Source: an uncultured Chloroflexia bacterium
GTDB taxonomy: Bacteria; Chloroflexota; Limnocylindria; Limnocylindrales; CSP1-4
Direction of reading: 5' to 3'
DNA length: 64,000 nt
NCBI GenBank assembly: GCA_963825995.1
Contig: CAWGVH010000006.1
Location: 325,965 to 389,964, forward strand
Shown here: in pieces, positions 9,585 through 21,086 of the stretch
Layout of the letters: every line of letters begins with the position of its first letter
Numbering within the stretch: position 1 is the stretch's first letter
Made by a program: the position numbers and the translations under genes
The notes under the pieces: generated by a model
Told to the model about the DNA's origin: nothing
Databases searched by the model: none
Seen by the model: only the letters and a program-made list of their open reading frames with translations

Positions 9585-10723
9585 GGGACCTCCTCCCGAC
9601 CATCGAAGCCTGGCAGGCTGACGGCGTGGCCATCGCCCGGGCCGTCGTGGTGCGTACCTTCGGCTCGTCGCCGTTGCGCGAAGGCGCGACCATGCTGCGC
9701 GCCTCGGACGGCCGCATCGCCGGTTCGGTCAGCGGCGGCTGCGTCGAGGGGGCCACTGCCGAGCACCTGGCCGAGGCTCGCGCCAGCGGCCTTGAGCGGG
9801 TCGTGCGTTTCGGCATCAGCGATGCGCAGGCCTGGGACGTCGGGCTGGCCTGCGGCGGCGTCATCGACGTCCTCGTCCAGCCGCGCATCCCGGATGCGGT
9901 CCTCGCTGCCGCCACCGCGGCGAATGCGCCCAGCGCGGCCGACCGGGGCGCGGGTCTTGCCGTCATCACGACGCTGCCGGCGGGGTCGCCGGGCGCGGAG
10001 TCGGGCGCCTCGCAGCTCGGCCCCGCCGTCGTGCCCCGGTCCCCCCTCCTGGTGGCCCCCGAAGGACCCCTGGACGGCTCGCTGGGCTCGCCGGACGCGG
10101 ACGCGACGCTGGTGGCAGAGGCCCGGGCGGCGCTGGAGCGCGGCGTCTCGCTGACGCTGGAGTTGGCCGGTGCCTCGCACTTCGTGGAGGTCTTTCCCGT
10201 CCGACCTCGACTGGTCATGGTCGGCGGCGTGCCGGTCGCCATGGTCCTCGCCCGCCTGGCGCGTGAGCTGGGCTACGAGACCGTCGTCATCGATGGCCGG
10301 GCAGCCTTCGCCACGCGGGAGCGCTTCCCGGACGTGGACCGGCTCGTGCTGGGATGGCCGGACGAGGTCGCCGACGAGATCGGCCTGGGACCTGCCGATG
10401 CCGTGGCTGTCCTCAGCCACGATCCCAAGTTCGACGAGCCGGCCATCGCCGAGGCCTTGCGGCGCGGCTGCCGCTATGTGGGCGCCATCGGCAGCCGCCG
10501 CACCCAGCGCGCCCGGCGTGAGCGCCTGGCGCAGCATGGCCTCGGCGAAGCGGAGCTGGCCCGCCTGCGCGGGCCCATCGGCCTCGACCTGGGCGGCCGC
10601 GAGGCGGCGGAGGTGGCGCTGGCCATCATGGCCGAGGTCGTGGCCACCCGGCACGGGGCCAGCGGTCGGCCGATGCGCGAGGTTGCAGCCGGCTCGCCCG
10701 TCATCTCGCAGCGCCCCGCCTGA
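9581..10723 (+). CDS. XdhC/CoxF-family molybdoenzyme maturation factor
   Basis: ATG overlaps the upstream TGA (ATGA). N-terminal XdhC_CoxI-like region (GSSPLREGA, GGCVEGA) plus C-terminal Rossmann region (VMVGGVPVAMVLARLARELGYETVVID). Confidence 0.75.
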   Translation: MRDLLPTIEAWQADGVAIARAVVVRTFGSSPLREGATMLRASDGRIAGSVSGGCVEGATAEHLAEARASGLERVVRFGISDAQAWDVGLACGGVIDVLVQPRIPDAVLAAATAANAPSAADRGAGLAVITTLPAGSPGAESGASQLGPAVVPRSPLLVAPEGPLDGSLGSPDADATLVAEARAALERGVSLTLELAGASHFVEVFPVRPRLVMVGGVPVAMVLARLARELGYETVVIDGRAAFATRERFPDVDRLVLGWPDEVADEIGLGPADAVAVLSHDPKFDEPAIAEALRRGCRYVGAIGSRRTQRARRERLAQHGLGEAELARLRGPIGLDLGGREAAEVALAIMAEVVATRHGASGRPMREVAAGSPVISQRPA

Positions 10724-10894
10724 TCGGCGGCGACGAGCTGCGCCCCCAGCGATAGCACGACGGGGTGCCCGAGGTAGCCCTTGGCGAGCGCCCACGCGCT
10801 GGCTGACGGCACCTCCGCGAGGGGGGCAGCGAGGCACAGGGTCCGCAACGCGTTCACGTGCCAGGGGTCGACACCTGCCACCGCCTTGTGGAGC

Positions 10895-10967
10895 TTGCAC
10901 CGTTGCTAGTCAGTGCTACTATGTACCAGTAGCCAGTAACGCTGAGTAGTCTGAGGAAGGGTGGTCC
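10895..10967 (+). promoter_or_regulatory. sigma70-like promoter (TTGCAC-16nt-TACTAT) overlapped by inverted repeat CTACT-N7-AGTAG; putative PadR autoregulatory operator; RBS GAGGAAGGG
   Basis: Read directly in the 245-bp intergenic region upstream of padR. The repeat CCAGTAG/CCAGTAA follows. Coordinates approximate. Confidence 0.35.
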
Positions 10968-11297
10968 GTGGGCAAGCAGATGACGGAGATGCTCAAGGGG
11001 ACGCTGGAGGGCATCGTCCTGGCGCTCCTGGCTGGACGGTCCGCGTACGGCTATGAGATCACAGCGTGGCTGCGGGAGCAGGGTTTCACCGACATCGCCG
11101 AGGGCACCGTCTACGCGCTGCTCATCAGGATCGAGCAGCGCGGCTTCGTCGACGTGGACAAGGTCCCCTCCGAGAAGGGGCCGCCGCGCAAGGTGTACTC
11201 GCTGAACGCGCGGGGACAGGAATACCTCGAGGAGTTCTGGAGGACGTGGAGCTTCCTCGCGGAACGGCTCGAACAGCTCCACGAAGGAGGCAGATGA
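10968..11297 (+). CDS. PadR-family transcriptional regulator
   Basis: 109 aa. Winged-HTH LEGIVLALLAGRSAYGYEITAWLRE ... TVYALLIRIEQRGFV. GTG start with RBS. Confidence 0.85.
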   Translation: MGKQMTEMLKGTLEGIVLALLAGRSAYGYEITAWLREQGFTDIAEGTVYALLIRIEQRGFVDVDKVPSEKGPPRKVYSLNARGQEYLEEFWRTWSFLAERLEQLHEGGR

Positions 11298-11665
11298 CCA
11301 TGTTCATCTCCAAGGTCACCTCGAAGGTGGTCGGCGACAAGCGGCGGTGGCGGGCGTACAAGGCGCGCGTCAGACAGCTTCCCCCGGACTATCGCACGGC
11401 GGTCGATGCGATCGAGCGGTACCTGATGCTCTTCGGCCCGGTGGACGGCGACAGCGCGGCATCGGTGTTCGAGGACGTCGCCGACCTCTTCGAGCGGGCC
11501 GCGGCGGATGCAACGCCGATCCGCGAGATCGTCGGGGAGGATCCCGTGGAGTTCGTGGACGCGTTGGTTCGGAACTACCCGAAGGGAGGATATGTCGACC
11601 GGGAGCGGGAGCGGCTGGTCACCGTCATCGAGGGCCTCGAGCGAGAGGAGAAGGAGGACCGATGA
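11294..11665 (+). CDS. DUF1048-like small protein commonly paired with PadR
   Basis: Met at residue 77 of ORF 11066..11665. ATGA overlap with the padR stop and with the downstream ABC ATPase start. Family assignment by gene context and size only. Confidence 0.5.
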   Translation: MTMFISKVTSKVVGDKRRWRAYKARVRQLPPDYRTAVDAIERYLMLFGPVDGDSAASVFEDVADLFERAAADATPIREIVGEDPVEFVDALVRNYPKGGYVDRERERLVTVIEGLEREEKEDR

Positions 11666-12477
11666 CCTCGACGGAAGACCGGGGGGCCGCGATCTGTGTG
11701 CAGGAGCTGGAGAAGTCCTACAAGCAGCTGCACGTGCTGCGCGGCGTGGACTTCGACATCGTGCCGGGCAGCATCTTCGCCCTGCTCGGGCCAAACGGGG
11801 CGGGCAAGACCACGGTCGTGAAGATCCTGTCCACGCTGCTCAAGGCCGACGCGGGAACTGCCAGCGTCAACGGTTTCGATGTGGCCACGCAGGCCGCCGA
11901 TGTGCGCGAGTCCATCAGCCTCACCGGACAGTTCGCGGCCGTCGACGAGATCCTCAGTGGGCGGGAGAACCTCGTGCTGATCGCGCGGTTACGACACCTC
12001 AAGGACCCGGGCAAGATCGCGGACGACCTGCTCGAGCGCTTCGCACTGACCGATGCGGCCGCGCGGAGGGTGTCGACGTATTCGGGTGGCATGCGCCGCC
12101 GCCTCGACATCGCGATGAGCCTCATCGGCAGTCCGCCGGTCATCTTCCTCGACGAGCCGACGAACGGGCTCGATCCCCAGGCGCGCGTCGAAGTGTGGCG
12201 GACCGTCAAGGAGCTCGCCGGGCACGGCACGACGGTGCTGCTCACGACGCAGTACCTGGAGGAGGCCGAACAACTCGCCGACCGGATCGCGATCCTTCAC
12301 GAGGGCCGGATCATCGTGAACGGCACGCTCGCCGACCTTAAGCGGCTGCACCCGCCGGCCAAGGTCGAGTACGTCGAGAAGCAGCCGACCCTCGAGGACA
12401 TCTTCCTCGCGGTCGTCGGTGATGGCGTCAAGGTCGGCGACGCTGGCATCGACCGGAACGTCGGCACGGACGAGTAA
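11662..12477 (+). CDS. ABC transporter ATP-binding protein (DrrA-like efflux)
   Basis: Walker A GPNGAGKTT, signature YSGGMRRRL, Walker B IFLDEPTNGLD. Met at residue 106 of ORF 11347..12477. Confidence 0.85.
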   Translation: MTSTEDRGAAICVQELEKSYKQLHVLRGVDFDIVPGSIFALLGPNGAGKTTVVKILSTLLKADAGTASVNGFDVATQAADVRESISLTGQFAAVDEILSGRENLVLIARLRHLKDPGKIADDLLERFALTDAAARRVSTYSGGMRRRLDIAMSLIGSPPVIFLDEPTNGLDPQARVEVWRTVKELAGHGTTVLLTTQYLEEAEQLADRIAILHEGRIIVNGTLADLKRLHPPAKVEYVEKQPTLEDIFLAVVGDGVKVGDAGIDRNVGTDE

Positions 12478-12486
12478 GGAACGACG

Positions 12487-13251
12487 ATGAACACGCACTT
12501 CCCCGGCGACACCGCCGTCCTCACGGGACGATCCCTGCGCCACATCACGCGCAGCCTGGACACCATCATCACGACCGCGATCATGCCGATCGCCATCCTG
12601 CTGCTGTTCGTCCTCGTCTTCGGCGGTGCGATCGACTCCGGGTCCGATTCGTACGTGACCTACCTGCTGCCCGGCATCCTGCTCATCACGGTCGCGTCGG
12701 GGGTCGCCTACACCGCCCTCCGGCTCTTCCTGGATATGAAGAGCGGCATCTTCGAGCGATTCCAGTCGATGCCGATCGCACGGTCGTCCGTGCTGTGGGC
12801 GCATGTGCTGACCTCGCTGGTCGCCATCATGATGTCGCTCGCGGTCGTCATGCTCGTCGCCATCCTCATGGGCTTCCGCTCGGACGCGGGCGTGCTCGCG
12901 TGGCTCGCTGTCGCCGGCATCCTGATCCTGTTCACCCTGGCGTTGACCTGGCTCGCCGTCATCGCCGGTCTTGCCGCGAAGACCGTGGACGGCGCCGGCG
13001 CATTCGCCTATCCGCTCATCTTCCTGCCGTTCATCAGTTCGGCATTCGTGCCCACCGAGACCATGCCCGGCCCGGTACGCGTCTTCGCCGAGAACCAGCC
13101 GGTGACGTCCATCGTCAACGCCATCCGCGACCTGTTCGCGGGGCAGCCGGTCGGCACCGACATCTGGTTCGCCCTCGCCTGGTGCGTCGGCATCCTCGTC
13201 GTCGCGTACGTCGTCTCCATCGTCACCTACCGCCGCAGGGTCTCCCTGTAG
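12487..13251 (+). CDS. ABC-2 family transporter permease
   Basis: 254 aa, 6 predicted TM helices, immediately downstream of the ATPase gene. Confidence 0.75.
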   Translation: MNTHFPGDTAVLTGRSLRHITRSLDTIITTAIMPIAILLLFVLVFGGAIDSGSDSYVTYLLPGILLITVASGVAYTALRLFLDMKSGIFERFQSMPIARSSVLWAHVLTSLVAIMMSLAVVMLVAILMGFRSDAGVLAWLAVAGILILFTLALTWLAVIAGLAAKTVDGAGAFAYPLIFLPFISSAFVPTETMPGPVRVFAENQPVTSIVNAIRDLFAGQPVGTDIWFALAWCVGILVVAYVVSIVTYRRRVSL

Positions 13252-13534
13252 AGCGTTGAACGGAGACTCGCTGACGTTGACCTGCATCCAGAAGGACCGC
13301 GAGGCGGCACTTGTGGGGCATGTGCGCGAGATCGTGACCCTGCCACGCTCGCTGCCGTGATCACCCAATGGCGGAGCCGATGGTGTGCCGTGGGTCCCAG
13401 GCATCCTCGAGCTGCTCGAGTGAGCCGGGCGCCCCGAACTCACGGCTCACGGCCGACGGGTCCCGGTCGGAACCGGGCGTGCGCTAGACTCGGGGCTGAC
13501 CCAGAACCGCCCTTGATGACAGGAGCCTCCTGCC

Positions 13535-14056
<522 letters not shown>

Positions 14057-15514
14057 GGAGTCCGCCCCCCTGGCAGCTTACCGGGCCAACGAGACGCCGC
14101 CACCGGCCACGGCCGCGGAGCCCGGCGATACCGGCGCCCCGGAGCACGAGGCCCCGCTACCTCATGACTACGACGCCTCCCGCCGGGCCTTCTTCCGCCA
14201 GTTCAGCAGGGAGGCTGTGACGACCCTCGGCCATGTGGCCGGCATGGCCGGCATGGTCAACCGCGTCTCCGGCTCGGCGGCGGCCGGCCTGCTTGGCCTG
14301 GCGGACCCCGCGGTGAGTCGACCATCCCACCCCGCCGGCACCGGGTCGCGGGGAGCTGCCCTCGTCACGTCGGCATCGGCTGCCCCGGCCGGCGACGATG
14401 TCTTCCGCAGCGCCTACCGCATCTCGGGCAACCAGCTCGTGCTGCTGGACCAGCGTGTCATCCCGGAGAAGCTGGAGGACCTGGTGGCCCGACGTGGCAG
14501 CGACGTCGCCTACTACCTGCGCCTGGGCGCCTGCCGCGGGGGTGCCGTGATGGCACAGGTGGCTGCCTACGGGCTTGCCCTGACGGCCAGCGAACGCGCC
14601 ACGCAGCCCATCGCGGCTCGCGATGCGGAACTGCAGCGGACACGGCAGGCGCTGGCTTCTGCGCGTCCATCCTCGCGCCTGCCGGTCTGGGCGATGGAGC
14701 GCATGGAGGCTGTCCGTGTCGGCCTGGATGAGGCGGCCGACGGGGCTGCAGTCGCTGCCGCGCTGCGTGCGGAGGCTGATGCCATCGCCGACGATGTCCA
14801 ATCGGGCCATGCCATCATCGTGGCCGCGCTCACCGAGATGCTCGGCGGGCCGCGCGACCGCCCACTGGGCGTGCTGGTGCACGGCGACCCGGGTGCACTG
14901 AGTGGCGGACTGGTGGGCACGGGTATCACGGCCCTGCGGGGCCTGCGCGATGTGGGCCGCGAGCTGCAGGTGTTCGTGACCGAGACGCGTCCGTTCATGG
15001 AGGGCGCGCGCCTGGCCAGCTGGGAGCTGCGCCACGCCGGCATCGACCACAAGGTCATCCCGGACTCGGCGGTGGCGTGGCTCTTCGACCGCGAGACCAT
15101 CGACGTCGTGCTGATCGGTGCGGAGTGGATCGCTGCCAACGGTGACACCGGTGCCGTCATCGGCAGCCGCGCCATCGCCCTATTGGCCTCCGCGGTGGCG
15201 GACGACCCCGGGCGGACACGGCCGCGAGTCATCGTCTGTGGCCTGAGCGCCACCATCGACCCTTCCACTCCGGATGGTCACGCCGTCCCCGTGGAGCTGC
15301 GGCCCGCGCGCGATCAGGCTGCCTACCTGGCCGGCCTCTCGATCCGGGTGTCGGACGCCTTGGTACCAGCGGGCGATGTCATCCCCGCCCAGGCCATCGC
15401 TGCCCTGGTGACCGAACGCGGCGTCCTGGTGTCACCGTCCGCGCCGGCCATCGCGTCGCTCCTCGCCGCGTCGGAGGTGACCGGGACCGTACGCTCACCG
15501 GAGACCGCCGGCTG

Positions 15515-16387
15515 ATGGCCAGCCTCACGCGATCCGGACTGGCCACCACCCGCCGACTGGAGGTCCACGCCACGCGTGACCGGGCCGCGCTCCTCGCCTT
15601 CCTGGAGCGAGACCGCCTCTTTGCCGCCTACGCGATCGCTGACATGGACGACGCCGAGTTCCCGCGAACCCGCTGGGGCATGGCGCTCGAGGCGGGACGT
15701 CCGGTGGCTGTGGTCATGGAGTATCGCGGCATCTCACCGCAGCACCTCTTCGTCATGGGCGACCCGGAGGGCATCGGCGGCATCCTGCGCGAGGTCATCC
15801 GCACCCGCCTCGCCTACCTGGCCACCATGCCGGACAGCGTGCCGACGCTGGTCGAGCGCTACCGCGTGGACCCGCCGACCGACATGGTCCGCATGGTCGT
15901 GGATCGGGCCACATTCCGTCCGGTGCTCGGCGACAGCGTGCGCCTTGACGTTGCTGACACGCGGCATCTGAACCGCCTCTACGAGCTGGGGCTGACCTCG
16001 TGGCTGCCGCCCGAGGCGGTGGCGGCCGGCATCTACTACGGCGTCCGTCGAGGCACACGGCTGATCGCCGCCGCCGGCACCCACGTCATCAGCCCCACCT
16101 ACGGGCTCGCGGCAGTCGGCAACGTCTACACCAACCGTGACTACCGAGGCCAGGGCCTGGCCAAGGTGGTCACGAGCGCGGTGACCACCGAGCTGTTGGG
16201 CATGCTGCCGGAGGTCGTCCTCAACGTTCGCGCGGATAATCCGCCGGCCTTGGCCGCCTACCGTGCCCTTGGCTATCGCGAGCACACCCACTTCGAGGAG
16301 CGCCTCGTGGCCCGCCGCAGCTCGCTCTGGGATAGCATCGTGGGGCCCATCCGGCAGTACGTCACCCGACCCAGGAGCGATGCATGA
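15515..16387 (+). CDS. GNAT-family N-acetyltransferase
   Basis: 290 aa. C-terminal acetyl-CoA-binding-like segment ([13 protein letters not shown]). ATG overlaps the upstream TGA. Start overlaps ahcY (ATGA). Confidence 0.55.
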   Translation: MASLTRSGLATTRRLEVHATRDRAALLAFLERDRLFAAYAIADMDDAEFPRTRWGMALEAGRPVAVVMEYRGISPQHLFVMGDPEGIGGILREVIRTRLAYLATMPDSVPTLVERYRVDPPTDMVRMVVDRATFRPVLGDSVRLDVADTRHLNRLYELGLTSWLPPEAVAAGIYYGVRRGTRLIAAAGTHVISPTYGLAAVGNVYTNRDYRGQGLAKVVTSAVTTELLGMLPEVVLNVRADNPPALAAYRALGYREHTHFEERLVARRSSLWDSIVGPIRQYVTRPRSDA

Positions 16388-17718
16388 CCGATACACCTGC
16401 GCCGACCCATCCGATGCCGACCACCGCCGGTGACGCCGCGATCGGCCAGACCGAAGCCCTCCCGCCACACGACGTCGCCGATCTTGGTCTCGCGGGCGAA
16501 GGCGTCCGCCGCATCGAATGGGCCGAGCGCGAGATGCCGGTGCTGCGCCTCATCCGCGAGCGATTCACGACCGAGCGGCCCCTGGCCGGGCTGCGCATCA
16601 GCGCCTGCCTGCATGTCACGACCGAGACGGCCAACCTCATGCGCACGCTCCAGGCCGGCGGCGCTGAAGTGACGCTGACGGCCTCCAACCCGCTCTCCAC
16701 CAAGGACGATGTGGCTGCCGCGTTGGTTGCTCGCTACGGCATCAGCACCTACGCCATCCGCGGCGAGGACAACGAGACCTACTACCGCCACTTGAACCTG
16801 GCCGCAGACACGCACCCTCATGTCACCATGGATGACGGGTGCGACCTCGTGGTGCTCCTGCACCAGCACCGCCGCGACCAGCTGGGTGAAGTCCTGGCCG
16901 GCACTGAGGAGACGACCACCGGTGTCATCCGCCTCAAGGCCATGGCCGCCGATGGGGCGCTGGCCTTCCCGGTCGTGGCCGTCAACGAGGCCCAGACCAA
17001 GCACCTCTTCGACAACCGCTATGGCACGGGCCAGTCCACGGTGGACGGCATCATGCGCGCGACCAACATCCTGCTGGCCGGGCGCCGCTGCGTGGTGGCT
17101 GGCTACGGCTGGGTCGGCCGAGGCATCGCCAGCCGGCTGTCGGGCATGGGTGCCCAGGTGACGGTGGTCGAGGTTGACCCCGTGCGCGCCATCGAGGCCC
17201 TCATGGACGGGCACCAGGTCATGACCGCTGGCGATGCGGCCAGGTGGGGCGAGGTCTTCGTGACCGCCACGGGCAACATCAACGTCTTCCGCGAGGAGCA
17301 CTTCCGCGTCATGGCGGACGGGGCGCTGCTGGCCAACAGCGGGCACTTCGATGCCGAGCTGGACCTCAAGGCCCTCACTCGACTCGCCGAGGGGCACATC
17401 CGCGAGGTCCGTAACGACGTCCGCGAGTACGACCTGGGCGCCAAGAAGCTCTACCTGCTGGCCGAGGGTCGCCTCGTCAACCTCGGCGCGGCGGAGGGCC
17501 ACCCGGCCGCCGTCATGGACATGAGCTTCGCCGGCCAGGCACTCTCCGTCGAGTACGTGGCCCGCCACCACGGGTCGCTGGCGAAGGCCGTTCACGTGGT
17601 GCCTGCCGAGATCGATGCCCAGATCGCCCGTCTCAAACTGGAGGCCCGCGGCATCTTCATCGAGGGCATGACCGAGGAGCAGATCCGCTACACGAACTCC
17701 TGGGATCAGGGCACGTAG
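16384..17718 (+). CDS. ahcY: adenosylhomocysteinase
   Basis: 444 aa. NAD-binding [13 protein letters not shown]. Conserved SAHH blocks ([22 protein letters not shown]). Confidence 0.9.
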   Translation: MTDTPAPTHPMPTTAGDAAIGQTEALPPHDVADLGLAGEGVRRIEWAEREMPVLRLIRERFTTERPLAGLRISACLHVTTETANLMRTLQAGGAEVTLTASNPLSTKDDVAAALVARYGISTYAIRGEDNETYYRHLNLAADTHPHVTMDDGCDLVVLLHQHRRDQLGEVLAGTEETTTGVIRLKAMAADGALAFPVVAVNEAQTKHLFDNRYGTGQSTVDGIMRATNILLAGRRCVVAGYGWVGRGIASRLSGMGAQVTVVEVDPVRAIEALMDGHQVMTAGDAARWGEVFVTATGNINVFREEHFRVMADGALLANSGHFDAELDLKALTRLAEGHIREVRNDVREYDLGAKKLYLLAEGRLVNLGAAEGHPAAVMDMSFAGQALSVEYVARHHGSLAKAVHVVPAEIDAQIARLKLEARGIFIEGMTEEQIRYTNSWDQGT

Positions 17719-17781
17719 CGGAGCATCACCTCGGTCACCGGTCCGGCTGCCCGATCAGCCCGCCGGCCCGGGATCATCCGG

Positions 17782-18510
17782 TCAGAGGGGACGCAACAGG
17801 ACGGACAGGTCGGCGCCCGAGGTGACTTCGCGCGTGGCCTCGAGGAGCTTGGCGCCGTCCGCCCAGGCGCGCGCCTGGTCCTTCCTGAGGCGGTGCTCCT
17901 CGGCCAGCATGAGCGTCCACAGCTTGGGATAGTGGTCGCGCAGGTACTCGCTGGCCCGGTAACGGGTCACGAACTCGTTGACGAAGGCCGCGTAGCGGGT
18001 GACGGGATCCGTGTGGGCCGCCATCCGCTCGAACTCGTGCTGGTAGCCCGCGGCCGCCCGGAAGCGTCCGAAGAAACCTCCCACGCTGTGAGCGCCGGTG
18101 TCCCAGCCCTGGGAGTGCCCGCCGCGCCGCAGCAGGGGGGCGGGCGACTCGAAGACGCAGATGACCTCTCCGTTGATCCGTTCCGCGCGCAGCGTGCCGC
18201 CGAAGGAGAGGTAGCGGTTGGCCACGCCCTTGCGATCGATGACCGAGATGCGGCCCCACGAGAAGGAGCCCTGGCGAGGCAGGCGGCTGGCGAAGGTGAT
18301 GGTCTCGTTGAAGCCGTGGTCCTTGTCGTCGGTGACCCAATACTCGACCAGTTCGGGGTCGTAGTGGCGCAAGGTGGGCTTGGCCCGGATGGCCACCAGC
18401 AGGAACGCCGGTCCGGGCCGATCGGGCAGGTCCGGGTCGGCCAGGAACCCCCAGTCTGCGAGCAGCTCGGCGGCCAGCGGCGGATCGATCGAGGCGGGCA
18501 GGTTGGCCAT
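17782..18510 (-). CDS. hypothetical protein (243 aa), no recognised domain
   Basis: Met at residue 35 of ORF 17782..18612. Protein-like composition. Sits on the opposite strand between ahcY and metK. Confidence 0.4.
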   Translation of the reverse strand: MANLPASIDPPLAAELLADWGFLADPDLPDRPGPAFLLVAIRAKPTLRHYDPELVEYWVTDDKDHGFNETITFASRLPRQGSFSWGRISVIDRKGVANRYLSFGGTLRAERINGEVICVFESPAPLLRRGGHSQGWDTGAHSVGGFFGRFRAAAGYQHEFERMAAHTDPVTRYAAFVNEFVTRYRASEYLRDHYPKLWTLMLAEEHRLRKDQARAWADGAKLLEATREVTSGADLSVLLRPL

Positions 18511-18704
18511 CTTGCACGAGCATGGGCCCACACCCCGCAGCCGTGCGATGGCCATCGGTCCCGAAGTGGCCTGCCGCCGGCCCCCCGCAACCGGTCCCCA
18601 TGGCCCGCGCACCCTGTCGCTGGCAGCATGCGTGCTACCCTTCGGCCGACCCGCTCGCCGGCTATTCGCAAGCCCTGATCCGCCATGACCAAGACGAGGG
18701 ACCC

Positions 18705-20018
18705 ATGACCGACCACCGCAGTGCCGACCCGCACCTCTTCACCTCGGAATCGGTCACCGAGGGCCACCCGGACAAGATGTGCGACCAGATCTCGGACGCC
18801 ATCCTGGACGCGATCTTCGTCGAGGACCCCAACGCCCGTGTGGCCTGCGAGACGGCCACCACGACCGGCCTGGTCATGGTCCTCGGCGAGATCACCACGA
18901 AGACCTACGTGGACTTCCAGGACGTCGTGCGCAGCACGGTCAAGGACATCGGTTACACGCACTCGGAGTACGGCTTCGACCACGAGACGTGCGGCACCAT
19001 CGTGGCCGTCAAGGAGCAGTCGCTGGACATCGCCCGGGGGGTGGACCACGCGCAGGAGGCGCGCCCGGACGGCTCCTCCTACGACGAGCTCGGCGCCGGT
19101 GACCAGGGGATGATGTTCGGTTTCGCCTGCCGCGAGACGCCGGAGCTCATGCCTCTGCCCATCTCGCTGGCGCATCGCATGGCCCGCCGGCTGGCCGAGG
19201 TGCGCAAGAGCGGACAGCTGCACTACCTGCGCCCGGATGGCAAGACCCAGGTGACCGTGGAATACGAGGGTGACCGCCCGGTGCGCGTGCACACGGTCGT
19301 GGTCTCGGCGCAGCACGACCCGGACGTGGAGCCGGAGCGCATCCATGACGACATCATCGAGACGGTCATCCTGCCCAGCATCGACCGCGAGCTTCGGGCG
19401 AGCGACCCGGTCATGCACGTCAATCCGACCGGTCGTTTCGTGACCGGGGGGCCAAAGGGTGACGCCGGCTTGACGGGCCGCAAGATCATCGTCGACACCT
19501 ACGGCGGCTACGCTCGTCACGGCGGCGGCGCCTTCTCGGGCAAGGATCCCACGAAGGTCGACCGCTCGGCAGCCTACGCGGCGCGCTGGGTCGCCAAGAA
19601 CGTCGTGGCGGCCGGCCTCGCCACGCGCTTCGAGCTCCAGGTCGCCTACGGCATCGGCATCGCCCGTCCCGTCTCGATCGGGGTGGATGCCTTCGGCACG
19701 GAGACCGTCCCAGAGGCCGAGATCCTGCGCCGCATCCAGCGTGTCTTCGACCTGCGCCCGGCGGCCATCATCAACGCCCTCGGCTTGCGCCAGCCGATCT
19801 TCCGACAGACGGCCGCCTATGGCCACTTCGGCCGGCCGGACCTCGATCTGCCCTGGGAGCGCACTGACAAGGCGGACTCTGCTGCGCGACTGACGGCCCT
19901 CGCGCGACTGGCACAGCGGTCGACCAGCGGTCGCCCTGTCGAGCCCGGCCGTCGGGTCCGAGGCCACGGCACTCAGGGCTGGGCGTCGGCCAGCGCCTCC
20001 CTTGCCACGGCCAGGTAG
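18705..20018 (+). CDS. metK: S-adenosylmethionine synthetase with ~40 aa C-terminal extension
   Basis: [38 protein letters not shown]. Met at residue 62 of ORF 18522..20018. GAGG 6 nt upstream. Confidence 0.9.
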   Translation: MTDHRSADPHLFTSESVTEGHPDKMCDQISDAILDAIFVEDPNARVACETATTTGLVMVLGEITTKTYVDFQDVVRSTVKDIGYTHSEYGFDHETCGTIVAVKEQSLDIARGVDHAQEARPDGSSYDELGAGDQGMMFGFACRETPELMPLPISLAHRMARRLAEVRKSGQLHYLRPDGKTQVTVEYEGDRPVRVHTVVVSAQHDPDVEPERIHDDIIETVILPSIDRELRASDPVMHVNPTGRFVTGGPKGDAGLTGRKIIVDTYGGYARHGGGAFSGKDPTKVDRSAAYAARWVAKNVVAAGLATRFELQVAYGIGIARPVSIGVDAFGTETVPEAEILRRIQRVFDLRPAAIINALGLRQPIFRQTAAYGHFGRPDLDLPWERTDKADSAARLTALARLAQRSTSGRPVEPGRRVRGHGTQGWASASASLATAR

Positions 20019-21064
20019 CGTTCCACCGTCCGCTCGAGGCTGAGCTCCCGGGCGAGCCGCTGCACGGCTGGATCCGGGTCCGGGAGTGGCTCGGCTAGCA
20101 GCTCCCGGATGGCGGCAGCCAGCGGCAGCGGCTCCGTGGGGCTGAAGAGGTGCAGCGCCCCCGGTGCGCGTGGCTCGTACTCGCGGACGCTGGGCAGGTC
20201 GCTGACCAGCATGGGCTTGCCAGCTGCGATCCACGAAGACATCGACCCGGATGCCGACAGGTCGGTGAATGGCAGGATGGCCAGATGTGTGGCCGCGATC
20301 CACGTCTCCAGGTCCTCCTCGGAGAGGTAGCCCGTGATGCGGAAGCGGTCACCCAGGCCCAGCTCCTCCGCCTTGGCCAATGCCAGGTCGTGCACGAAGC
20401 TGCGCCCGGCCACCGGGCCTCCGGCATAGACCATCACGATGTCTTCGGGCAGGTGCGGCACGGCCTCCACGGCATAACGGTGGCCCTTGCGGCCGTAGAC
20501 GAAGCCCAGCAGGGTGACGATGCGACGGTCGGCCAGTCCCAGCCGAGCGCGGGCCTCCTCGGGACGCAGGGCCAGCTCGCGTCGCTCCACGAAGTGAGGG
20601 ATGACACGCATTCGATCGGCAGGGATGATGCCGCGCAACCGCTCCACCTCGACCTGTGAGTGCACCACGATGAGGTCGGCGACCCGGCCCAGCCAGCGCA
20701 GGCTCCAGGCGTCAGGTGCCAGGTAGCGTTCACGCAGGCCGTGGCGATCGAAGATGTCATGAAGGGTGACGACGAGCGCTCCGCGGTAGGCGCGCCGGAA
20801 GCGCATCAGCCGGTACAACGCTCCGCCATGCTTGCCCCAGCCACGTCGGTTCCACTGCATGAGCAGCACCTGCGCCTCGGCAAGCTCGGCCGCCACCTGG
20901 GCCAGTCGACCCGATCCCTCGTCCACACGGCCCGCCTCGGCCTCGTGCACGGTCAGTCCACCGCCGGCGCGGGTGGCGTCGGCGATGAGCTGGCCATAGC
21001 GGCGCACGCCGCTCTCCGGCCGGCCGAGGTGCAGGAACCCGAGGTCGCGCAGCTCGGCTGGCAT
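19973..21064 (-). CDS. GT4-family (group 1) glycosyltransferase, paralog A
   Basis: 364 aa. Alignable end-to-end with paralog B (23382..24473), e.g. [16 protein letters not shown] versus GFLHVGRERSGLRRYG. GT-B C-terminal pattern. Confidence 0.75.
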   Translation of the reverse strand: MPAELRDLGFLHLGRPESGVRRYGQLIADATRAGGGLTVHEAEAGRVDEGSGRLAQVAAELAEAQVLLMQWNRRGWGKHGGALYRLMRFRRAYRGALVVTLHDIFDRHGLRERYLAPDAWSLRWLGRVADLIVVHSQVEVERLRGIIPADRMRVIPHFVERRELALRPEEARARLGLADRRIVTLLGFVYGRKGHRYAVEAVPHLPEDIVMVYAGGPVAGRSFVHDLALAKAEELGLGDRFRITGYLSEEDLETWIAATHLAILPFTDLSASGSMSSWIAAGKPMLVSDLPSVREYEPRAPGALHLFSPTEPLPLAAAIRELLAEPLPDPDPAVQRLARELSLERTVERYLAVAREALADAQP

Positions 21065-21086
21065 CGTCAGGCCGGCCCGGCTGGTC

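Noticed and set aside
9452-10900. 482-aa minus-strand ORF over the xdhC region
   Set aside because: Antisense to a gene with clear XdhC motifs. Gly/Arg-rich junk.
18511-18704. Possible SAM riboswitch (SAM-I/SAM-IV) in the metK 5' region
   Set aside because: There is a CGCAACC resemblance to the GGCAACC element, but the other conserved blocks could not be matched by eye. An Rfam scan is needed. Not called.
17967-20303. 778-aa ORF on the minus strand
   Set aside because: Entirely antisense to metK and in an alternative frame of the 17782..18510 gene. Low-complexity Ala/Arg/Pro-rich product. Typical high-GC shadow ORF.
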